Positions 10,922 to 18,596 of a stretch of DNA of 28,656 bases are shown here, piece by piece. The DNA is from Nitrospirota bacterium. GTDB lineage: Bacteria > Nitrospirota > Nitrospiria > Nitrospirales > NS-4. A model generated the notes under the pieces. It was given only the letters and a program-made list of their open reading frames with translations. It was not told the origin of the DNA and did not search any database. Each line of letters begins with the position of its first letter. The first letter of the stretch is position 1. The stretch is taken from positions 1 to 28,656 of the forward strand of contig CAWBGA010000016.1 of NCBI GenBank assembly GCA_963788195.1. Reading direction: 5' to 3'. A program made the translations under genes and the position numbers.

Positions 10922-11318
10922 ACCGGCCCGCAGGAAAGTTCGTATCGAGATCATTCCGATGATCGACACCATGTTCTTTCTTTTGGTGTTTTTCATGGTG
11001 GCGACCTTATCGATGACTGTCCAGCAAGGCATGCAGGTGAACCTTCCGGCTGCGGTCTCGGCGAAAGCTGACATTCCCCAGACGATGTCGATCACCATTC
11101 GCCACGCCGGCGAAATCTTCCTCGACAAGGAGCCGATATCGATAGGCGACCTGGCCTCACGGCTCAGAGCAGCCAAGGCGCAGACCACCGAGCCGAGTAT
11201 CGTCGTGAATGCCGATGAAGACGCGCGGCACGGCCGCGTGGTGGAGGTACTCGACGCAGTGAAGCAGGCGGGACTGACCAGGCTGGCGATCGCAACAAAG
11301 CCGGTTCATGGAGGATGA
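10908..11318 (+). CDS. exbD: Biopolymer transporter ExbD/TolR
   Basis: IEIIPMIDTMFFLLVFFMV, VNLP and ADEDARHG.VV.VLD. Confidence 0.93.
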   Translation: MKIPRPARRKVRIEIIPMIDTMFFLLVFFMVATLSMTVQQGMQVNLPAAVSAKADIPQTMSITIRHAGEIFLDKEPISIGDLASRLRAAKAQTTEPSIVVNADEDARHGRVVEVLDAVKQAGLTRLAIATKPVHGG

Positions 11319-11319
11319 G

Positions 11320-12576
11320 ATGCAGCAGAGACCGGTTTTTCTAATAACACTTGCGCTGTGGGGTCTGATCGCCTCGGCTGACGCAGCACATCCGACGAAC
11401 AGTGCCGGGGTATCCTTGAACCCGCAGTTGAAGGTTATCGAAGGCATACAGCCGCTTTCGCCGCCGGCTTTGCAATTTGATCGCGAAGGGCGTGCGTACA
11501 TTGCGTGGTTTGGAAAAAAGGATGAAACGACCGGTCTGTTTTTATCGCGCATTGTAGGGGAGAAGTCGTCCCTGCCGGTGCGGGTCAATACCCCTGAGGC
11601 CGCGCCGGACACCTTGCACCAGGCGCCGGGGCTTGCCGTCGCACGCAGCGGAGAAGTGTATCTGACGTGGAGCACCTCAAACAAAGATCCCAACGCGCCA
11701 TTCGCGACAATGTTAAGGATGGCGCGATCAGCGGACGGCCAGCTATTTGGGGCACCGGTCGCTGTGAACGACGATAATTTGCCCATCAATCACAGCTTTG
11801 AGTCGGTGAAAGCCGGACCGAATGGCGATGTGTATGTGGCGTGGTTAGACAGCCGTGGCAAGGACAAGAGCGGCGCCGCCGCGATATTTGCGCGATCTCT
11901 TGATGGCGGTAAGAGCATCGAGAAGAACGTGATTATGGATGGCATGGCATGTCCGTGTTGCCGGCCGATGATCGCACATTCGCCGGATGGCGGATTATGG
12001 GTAGCCTGGAGAAAGACGTTCGATGGCGACGTACGAGACATTGTGTTGGGAAAGTCCGAGGACCGCGGGGCGCACTTTTCCAAACCGCTTCTCGTCAGCA
12101 AGGATGGATGGGCGTTTCCGGCATGTCCACACCGTGGCCCCTCAATCGGCTTTGATCGCATGGGCCGCCTGTATGTTGCGTGGTATACCGAGGGGACCGA
12201 TGAGCAACCGCGCATGCTGTTCAGCACGTCGGATGATCACGGCAAGACCTTCACGCCTCCGATCTCATTATCCACCTCGTCTTCATCGCTGCCGGATCAG
12301 ATACGGATGGCCGTGCATCCAGATGGGGCAGTCGTGGCGGTCTGGGAAGAAGTCACGGGTGTGCGCAAGCGCGTTGTGATGCGGCTTTCAATGGATCGAG
12401 GAGCGAATTTCGGTCCGGTGCAGGCCTTGAGCCAGGGGTCGAAAGCCGAGACGCCGACCGTAGCGATCCACGAGAACGGCGCGGTCGGCATCAGTTGGAG
12501 TGAGCATAGTTGGCCGAACAACAGGATCATGTTGCAACAGGGTCAATTGGATCTGGAACAGGTCAAGGGCAAGTGA
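11320..12576 (+). CDS. Secreted BNR/Asp-box (sialidase-fold) beta-propeller protein with CPCC and CPH motifs
   Basis: Signal peptide; Asp-boxes RSLDGGKS, KSEDRGAHF, TSDDHGKTF, LSMDRGANF; ACPCCRP and WAFPACPHRGP. Confidence 0.8.
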   Translation: MQQRPVFLITLALWGLIASADAAHPTNSAGVSLNPQLKVIEGIQPLSPPALQFDREGRAYIAWFGKKDETTGLFLSRIVGEKSSLPVRVNTPEAAPDTLHQAPGLAVARSGEVYLTWSTSNKDPNAPFATMLRMARSADGQLFGAPVAVNDDNLPINHSFESVKAGPNGDVYVAWLDSRGKDKSGAAAIFARSLDGGKSIEKNVIMDGMACPCCRPMIAHSPDGGLWVAWRKTFDGDVRDIVLGKSEDRGAHFSKPLLVSKDGWAFPACPHRGPSIGFDRMGRLYVAWYTEGTDEQPRMLFSTSDDHGKTFTPPISLSTSSSSLPDQIRMAVHPDGAVVAVWEEVTGVRKRVVMRLSMDRGANFGPVQALSQGSKAETPTVAIHENGAVGISWSEHSWPNNRIMLQQGQLDLEQVKGK

Positions 12577-13112
12577 TGAGAACGACCATGCATCTTGCGG
12601 CAGTGTGCGCGGTGATGCTCGCTGCCGTATCGGCGGGGGCCGCCCAGGACCGGTACGCCGTCGCGGGAGTGCAGCGGTTCAACTATGCGCGTCCGGCGCC
12701 AACTTTTTCACTCAAGACCATTGGCGGACGCACGGTCGATTCCATGTCTCTGAGGGGCAAGGTAGTGGTGTTGAATTTCTGGGCAACCTGGTGTGCGCCG
12801 TGCAAGGAGGAGATGCCGGCCCTGCAGCGCCTGCAGCAATCATTGCCCTCAGCGCAATTCGTAGTGATTGCGGTGACGGCTGATCAACAACGCGACGCGA
12901 TAGCGCTCTTTGCGAAGACCTCAGGACTCACCTTTCCTATCCTTCTCGATGAATCAAAGGATGTGAGCCTCGCGTACGGCGTCCGTGGCCTCCCGATGAC
13001 CGTGATTATTGCTCAAGACGGAACACTGGTGGGTCGCGCGGTTGGACCTCGCGTCTGGGACGCCCCGGACACAGTGAAATTGTTCAAGGAGCTTGTGAAA
13101 TCGAATGGATAG
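12576..13112 (+). CDS. TlpA/ResA-family thiol-disulfide reductase, exported
   Basis: LNFWATWCAPCKEEMP and YGVRGLP. Signal peptide present. TGATG coupling with the upstream gene. Confidence 0.92.
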   Translation: MRTTMHLAAVCAVMLAAVSAGAAQDRYAVAGVQRFNYARPAPTFSLKTIGGRTVDSMSLRGKVVVLNFWATWCAPCKEEMPALQRLQQSLPSAQFVVIAVTADQQRDAIALFAKTSGLTFPILLDESKDVSLAYGVRGLPMTVIIAQDGTLVGRAVGPRVWDAPDTVKLFKELVKSNG

Positions 13113-13115
13113 AGC

Positions 13116-13700
13116 ATGCGACGTGACGTGTCGGTTACCCTAGCGATCGTCGTGAGCGCCTGGATGGGGATGATGAGCCACGCGGCCGCGCAGACGCCCA
13201 TGCCCCCTCAGGATGACGTCGAAATGTTGGACCCATTTGAGGTGAGCAGTGTTCCTATTACTCGCGCTCCTCGAGAAGTGGTATGGCCGTTACCCCATGT
13301 CGACGGCGTCAATGTAGAGACGGTCAATACAAACGACATCCGCTCTGCCGGTGAAGTCGTTCAGCGACCGGCGCCTGTGTTGCGTTCGGTCTTACTTGAT
13401 GCGCAAGGCCACGCGAACGGTGTTCGGAGCGCGGCGCGATACTTGTCGGGAGAACGCCCCCTCTATCCGCGGATTGCGAGAGAAAACGGCTGGCAGGGAA
13501 AGGTCATTGTCCGAGCGCAGGTCTTGGAAGACGGCACGGCGGCGGCCGCGACCCTCAACAGGAGTTGCGGCTACCCGATTTTAGACGAAGCGGCGATAGA
13601 TGCCGTCAAGCGTTGGCGGTTCGCTCCCGCCATGGACGGCAATTTTTCCCTTGCGAGCACGGTAGATGTGCCGGTCATCTTCGATCTGCGGGCATTCTGA
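13116..13700 (+). CDS. TonB C-terminal-domain protein with cleavable-looking signal peptide
   Basis: P.YP.IAR..GWQGKVIVR..V..DG and GYPILDEAAIDAVKRWRF.PA. N-terminus ends in SHAAA|Q. Confidence 0.82.
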   Translation: MRRDVSVTLAIVVSAWMGMMSHAAAQTPMPPQDDVEMLDPFEVSSVPITRAPREVVWPLPHVDGVNVETVNTNDIRSAGEVVQRPAPVLRSVLLDAQGHANGVRSAARYLSGERPLYPRIARENGWQGKVIVRAQVLEDGTAAAATLNRSCGYPILDEAAIDAVKRWRFAPAMDGNFSLASTVDVPVIFDLRAF

Positions 13701-14743
13701 TGAAAAGATCCGTTGGAAGATTAATGGCTGTTCTTTTGTCCGCAGTGCTTTGTATGCCGGTAGTCGTGCACGCGGACGACGCGAAGGCTCAGTACAACGT
13801 CGGAGCGAAGGCGCTTGCGCAGGGAGACTATAACAAAGCTGTTGATGCCTTGAAGAGCGCAGTCGAACTGAATCCGCGCTTCGCCGAAGCTTATCAATTG
13901 CTGGCGCTGGCGTATTTCAATGGGCTTAAACGGCCAGGCGACGCAGTCGAGGCGCTTCAGAAGGCCATCGCCTATTATCCGAATTTCGCGGAAGCCCATT
14001 ACAACCTGGGAGTCATCTATCAAACGCAGGGCAAGAGCGCCGATGCCGAAACGGAGCTGAAACGCGCGCTCGAAAACTACCCGCGTTATGAGGAAGCGCA
14101 ACTGGCGCTGGGGTTGCTGTACGAAAAGCAGGGGACGGCGGACAAGGCGATCGAGGCCTATCAGCGCCTCCTGGCCTTCAAACCTCACAATGTCGCAGCG
14201 CTCTACGCGCTAGGCTATCTCTACGAGTCACGCGGACGAAGCAAAGAGGCGAAGGAGTTGTTAACGCAGTTGATCAAGCAGCATCCCAATCACGCCGAGG
14301 CACAATACCTTTTGGGCACGATCGCCGAGCGTGAGAGCAGTCTAGCTGAGGCGGAAAAAGCATACAAAGCTGCGATTGCAGCGCGACCGGATCTGGTGGA
14401 CGCCCATGGGAATCTCGGATACGTATACAAAACACAGGGCAATTTGCAGGCTGCCGCAGAAGAGTTCCGAGCAGTCACCAAGCTTCGGCCGAACGATGCG
14501 GAGGCATGGGTGAATCTTGGTGTCATCCTCGCAAGCCTGAAAAAGTTGGAGGAGGCGGAGCAGGCGTATCAAGAAGCCGTTCGCATTCGCCCGAAACAGA
14601 CCGAAGCCTATTACAACCTTGGCACTCTGTATGAGTTTCATCTGAAGGACAATCAGAGGGCGCTTACCGCGTACCGAAAATATCTCGAACTCGGAGGAAC
14701 GGACGCGCGCATTCAACGCCTCGTGAGGGACGTCCGTCAATGA
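13700..14743 (+). CDS. Exported tetratricopeptide-repeat protein
   Basis: Signal peptide VHA|DD followed by about 9 TPR units (e.g. AEAHYNLG, AEAWVNLG, TEAYYNLG). TGATG coupling. Confidence 0.9.
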   Translation: MKRSVGRLMAVLLSAVLCMPVVVHADDAKAQYNVGAKALAQGDYNKAVDALKSAVELNPRFAEAYQLLALAYFNGLKRPGDAVEALQKAIAYYPNFAEAHYNLGVIYQTQGKSADAETELKRALENYPRYEEAQLALGLLYEKQGTADKAIEAYQRLLAFKPHNVAALYALGYLYESRGRSKEAKELLTQLIKQHPNHAEAQYLLGTIAERESSLAEAEKAYKAAIAARPDLVDAHGNLGYVYKTQGNLQAAAEEFRAVTKLRPNDAEAWVNLGVILASLKKLEEAEQAYQEAVRIRPKQTEAYYNLGTLYEFHLKDNQRALTAYRKYLELGGTDARIQRLVRDVRQ

Positions 14744-15513
14744 ACGGCATCGCGCAAAGAGACCCAAGGTATGGCGTGCCGGTGACGTTGTCGTTCGCGG
14801 TTCATGCTCTCCTCGCTATCGCCTTAGCGGTCATGCCGTTCCAACTGAGACATCTTCCTGTGCAGGACACGATTTCGGTGGACCTAGTTCAGCCGTTATA
14901 CTCCGCATTCCAGGAGCCTACGGCTTCCCCGCGGCCACCCAGTGCGCAACCCGTGCCGAAAGCGGCATCTCGTCCGCAAGCGGAACCGCGGGCGATTGTA
15001 GATCCTGAGCCCGTGCTCGAACGAATGCCGAGTTTTGTGGAGATTCCACGTTCCACAGCAACCTCCCCGCCCCGACTCGCTGTCGAAGACCCCGTGCTCT
15101 CTTCAACCCAAACCTTGCCGGTTGCGCCGTCATCTGCCGAGGTGATCGTACCAGAGGTCCCACGGCCGCTTCCCAGTGTGCGTGCGTCAATTCGAGAATC
15201 GGTATTACACGATCCGGCCACGCAAAATGCGCCGGCACGGGCGGGCGCTCGCCCAGCGGAAACTCCGCGACCGGAGTATCCCCGCATGGCTCGCGAAGCC
15301 GGATGGGACGGAACGGTCATTTTGCAGGTCGAAGTCCTGCCGGACGGGTCGGTAGAGGGTATCACACTATATAAGAGTTCCGGCCATTCAGTTCTGGACG
15401 AGGCCGCACTCAAAGCTGTGAAGACCTGGCGATTCGTTCCGGCGATGGATGGGAATTTCCCGATAAGAAGTGCTGTACGCGTGCCTGTGAAGTTCGATCT
15501 GCGGACATCGTGA
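14740..15513 (+). CDS. tonB: Energy transducer TonB
   Basis: TM anchor with S-x3-H (SFAVH), Pro-rich linker, and CTD PEYPRMAREAGWDGTV...SSGHSVLDEAAL. Confidence 0.9.
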   Translation: MNGIAQRDPRYGVPVTLSFAVHALLAIALAVMPFQLRHLPVQDTISVDLVQPLYSAFQEPTASPRPPSAQPVPKAASRPQAEPRAIVDPEPVLERMPSFVEIPRSTATSPPRLAVEDPVLSSTQTLPVAPSSAEVIVPEVPRPLPSVRASIRESVLHDPATQNAPARAGARPAETPRPEYPRMAREAGWDGTVILQVEVLPDGSVEGITLYKSSGHSVLDEAALKAVKTWRFVPAMDGNFPIRSAVRVPVKFDLRTS

Positions 15514-15854
15514 GACTGATAATGGGTCGACACTTTCGTCGTCTCAGCCTGCTAGTGGCCATTAGCTACCTCGCGCTCGGATTCATTGGTTCAGTGTGCA
15601 TGTTCGGCGGCACTGCCGACCCGGTGTCTCATCATAGCCACACCGGAAAAAAAGCCTCTCATTCAGCTCTGTGCGCGTGGGTCTGCCAGATCGGCCCTTC
15701 TGCGTCTCATCGGCCCGGCGTCATTGCCGGCGAGCCTACCTTCTTGGTTTTAGTAGTCGCGCTCATTCTCGTGTCGTTGAAAACGACTTCCTTACTCTCA
15801 TTAGGACAATCCCGCGCTCCTCCGGTTTCGATCCTCCTTAAACATTCCATCTGA
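15510..15854 (+). CDS. RAPP-motif leader peptide 2 (DUF2946/CruR/CutF-like): His-rich, CAWVC, C-terminal RAPP
   Basis: Hydrophobic N-terminus, SHHSH..SHSALCAWVC and GQSRAPP. The GTG start overlaps the tonB stop (alternative ATG 15522). Lies directly upstream of a TBDT. Confidence 0.82.
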   Translation: MRLIMGRHFRRLSLLVAISYLALGFIGSVCMFGGTADPVSHHSHTGKKASHSALCAWVCQIGPSASHRPGVIAGEPTFLVLVVALILVSLKTTSLLSLGQSRAPPVSILLKHSI

Positions 15855-15935
15855 ACCTCTTACTGAGTACGCCGTTGCGGCACGAGCCGGCCGTTAATAG
15901 CGTATTATTACTTAAGAAGATCAAGGAGGAGCACC

Positions 15936-18134
15936 ATGAATTGGCAAAATGTGCGCTATCCGGCGCTTATCTTGACGATCATAGCGCTGTCGTATGCGCG
16001 TGCCCTGGCGGCAGAGCCAGGCGAGGCGAGTACTGTTCCCCAGCTGGAGCCATTCATCGTGGAAGGCAAGCGAATCGAGAACGTTCAGGATGTGAAGCAG
16101 GACCTGGCGCGCAGACCATCGAGCGTGATTCTCATTCCCGAGAGCGAGATCCGTGAGTCACGGGGCAGCAATCTCAATGACGTGCTGCAGTTCGCGCCCG
16201 GAGTACATTTCCAGTCCCGGTTCGGAGCTGACGAGGGGAAGTTCGATATTCGTGGCACCTCGCTCCGGAATAACTTCCACCACCGCGGCATCAATATTTT
16301 GATCAACGGCATCTATTTCGGCAACGCCGACGGCTTTTCGGATTTTGAATCCATCGATCTCTGGGCTTACGATCGGATTGAGATTTACAAAGGCGCCAAT
16401 GCGCTACGGTACGGGGCCAATAGCATCGGCGGTGCGATCAATTTTGTCCCCCGGACCGGATATAACGCCTCGCCACTGCAGGCGCGGATAGAAGGGGGCA
16501 GCTACGGATTCGTCAAAGGGCAAGTATCCTCGGGGTTAGTCACGAGTCCATTTAAGATCGGCAAGATGGATGCCGTGGCAGATTATTACCTCAGTCTGTC
16601 CGCAAACCATCAGGACGGGTTTCAAGATCATAGCGAGCAGTCGCGGCAACGCCTCAATGGGAATATTGGCCTGAAGCTCGGCGAGCACCAGGAGGTGCGC
16701 GCTTATCTGTTGAGTGCCAATGTCGCGGAGCGGCTTCCTGGCGCCTTAACCCTGAGCCAGCTCGAGAATAATCCCCAGCAGCCGAACCGCCTTGGAGGGA
16801 TCAGTCCTTTCGCCTGCAATGATAACGTAGTGTGCGATCAGGGCCGCTACTATCAGTTGCACCGCATCGGCGTGGCCTACCGGAATGACTTTGCGGTTGA
16901 TCAGTATTTCGAGGTCATCCCCTTCTACCAGTACCAACACCTCGATCACCCGATCTTCCAAACATTATTACAGGACAATGCCGATTCAGGATTGGAACTG
17001 CGCTATGGGATCACGGCGCCGCTGGCCGGACACGGTAATCGATTTCTGTTTGGGCTACAGCCGCGCTACGGCGATCAGCACCAGCAACGCTTTGTCAACC
17101 TTATGGGAAACCGCGGACTGAGATCGCAGAACCTCTTCAACCGCACATTCAATATCGGCGCATACGGGGAGGAGCAATTCGACGTGACGCCTGTGTTTAC
17201 GCTGATCGCCGGCGCGCGCTGGGACTATTCCAATCGACAATCGAACGCGCAAAATTTCAGCCCCTTCACCGGCGCATTTCAAAATTTCGTGGACGGCTCA
17301 CGTGACTTTAGCGCGATAAGCCCAAAGGTCGGTTTTATATACCGTACGACGCCGACCTCTCAAATTTACGGCAATGTCAGCCGGGCGTATGAGCCGCCCA
17401 TTAATTTGGAGCTCACCTCATCCATCGATATCAACGGCCAGGCGCCGCGGGGCGTGTACATCGACCTCGATGCGCAACGCGCGTGGCAATTTGAGCTCGG
17501 CACCCGGGGAACCACGATCGACCAGCGATTCAATTGGGACATCGCGGTCTATGACCTGGAGATGCGCAAGGAGATCCTCGCGGCGGTCATCAATGGTCAA
17601 GGGACCTTCGCCAACGCTAATGATACCCGTCACACCGGCGTTGAAGCGGGCGCCGGCGCGGTCCTCACGAAAGGACTGTTAGCGAAAGGCGGAGGGACGA
17701 AGGACGACCAGCTCAGCACGCGGTTGGCGTACACCTGGTCGCGATTTAAATTCACAGAAGACGTGTTCAAGGGAGCGGGGGGCAGCACGTTGGAAGCCAA
17801 GAGCGGCAATACCATTCCGGGCGCTCCAGAGCATTTGTTGAATTACGAAATTCGCTACGACCACCCGAGAGGTTACTGGATCGCTCCGAATTTTGAATAT
17901 TCCATGTCGGGGTTCTATGTCGACAACGCGAATACCGTGAAGAATCCAAGCTTCTTCATCGTGAATATCAGATCCGGGTACCGCTACAGCGACCGTCTCA
18001 GTTTTTATGCCGAAGGTCGGAATCTGAACAATCAAACCTACGCGGGTGCGGTGGTGGTGAACGACAATCTGGGCCGGTTCTTCAATCCTTCCTGGGGGAT
18101 CTCCGGCTACGGCGGCGTCGAGTGGCGATTCTGA
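15936..18134 (+). CDS. TonB-dependent outer-membrane receptor (metal uptake, possibly copper)
   Basis: Signal peptide, TonB box (LEPFIVEG), plug motifs (PGV, IRG, RIEIYKG, GGAINF), beta-barrel and terminal EWRF. Strong AAGGAGG RBS. Confidence 0.95.
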   Translation: MNWQNVRYPALILTIIALSYARALAAEPGEASTVPQLEPFIVEGKRIENVQDVKQDLARRPSSVILIPESEIRESRGSNLNDVLQFAPGVHFQSRFGADEGKFDIRGTSLRNNFHHRGINILINGIYFGNADGFSDFESIDLWAYDRIEIYKGANALRYGANSIGGAINFVPRTGYNASPLQARIEGGSYGFVKGQVSSGLVTSPFKIGKMDAVADYYLSLSANHQDGFQDHSEQSRQRLNGNIGLKLGEHQEVRAYLLSANVAERLPGALTLSQLENNPQQPNRLGGISPFACNDNVVCDQGRYYQLHRIGVAYRNDFAVDQYFEVIPFYQYQHLDHPIFQTLLQDNADSGLELRYGITAPLAGHGNRFLFGLQPRYGDQHQQRFVNLMGNRGLRSQNLFNRTFNIGAYGEEQFDVTPVFTLIAGARWDYSNRQSNAQNFSPFTGAFQNFVDGSRDFSAISPKVGFIYRTTPTSQIYGNVSRAYEPPINLELTSSIDINGQAPRGVYIDLDAQRAWQFELGTRGTTIDQRFNWDIAVYDLEMRKEILAAVINGQGTFANANDTRHTGVEAGAGAVLTKGLLAKGGGTKDDQLSTRLAYTWSRFKFTEDVFKGAGGSTLEAKSGNTIPGAPEHLLNYEIRYDHPRGYWIAPNFEYSMSGFYVDNANTVKNPSFFIVNIRSGYRYSDRLSFYAEGRNLNNQTYAGAVVVNDNLGRFFNPSWGISGYGGVEWRF

Positions 18135-18145
18135 TACTCTTTTAA

Positions 18146-18400
18146 ATGACGAAAGAGTCTATGTTAATTCGTAATGATGTCAAGGCTGGGCTGAGGTTCG
18201 GTCGCGGTATTGCTCTGACCTCCGTTCATCATCTCTACGGGGCATCGATTTATAACACGCCCTGGCGAGCGCATATCGTCGCGCCCGCCATGCAGGCGAG
18301 CTATGACAAGCTTCGGGACAAAGGATTTGTCGTGTTGGCCCAGGCCCGCATCATAGACGAATTGAAAACCGTGCCGGCCTTGAATCCCCATGGTGGCTAG
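18146..18400 (+). pseudogene. Probable chimeric remnant (membrane-protein fragment fused to a TlpA-like fragment)
   Basis: PAMQASYDKLRDKGFVVLA resembles the post-CxxC helix/strand of TlpA-like proteins (compare EMPALQRL...FVVIA at 12576-13112) but lacks the CxxC. Confidence 0.45.
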
Positions 18401-18596
18401 ACTTAATTATACCTAGGTACTCTTATAGGTAGAACATAGAGCTAGCGGGGCATTTCACATCACCGGTCGTTTAGAATCCACTTATGGTGGAAGACGGTAA
18501 AAGTCTTGACTGAGAATTTCGACGGTATAAATCAACAAGAGTTACAACTAAGGCGTTCTGCATGAATAGTCACAATGACTATACGGAAGGAATACT

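Noticed and set aside
18506..18533. TTGACT...TATAAA promoter for the glycan cassette
   Set aside because: The spacing is 14 nt, too short to call with confidence.
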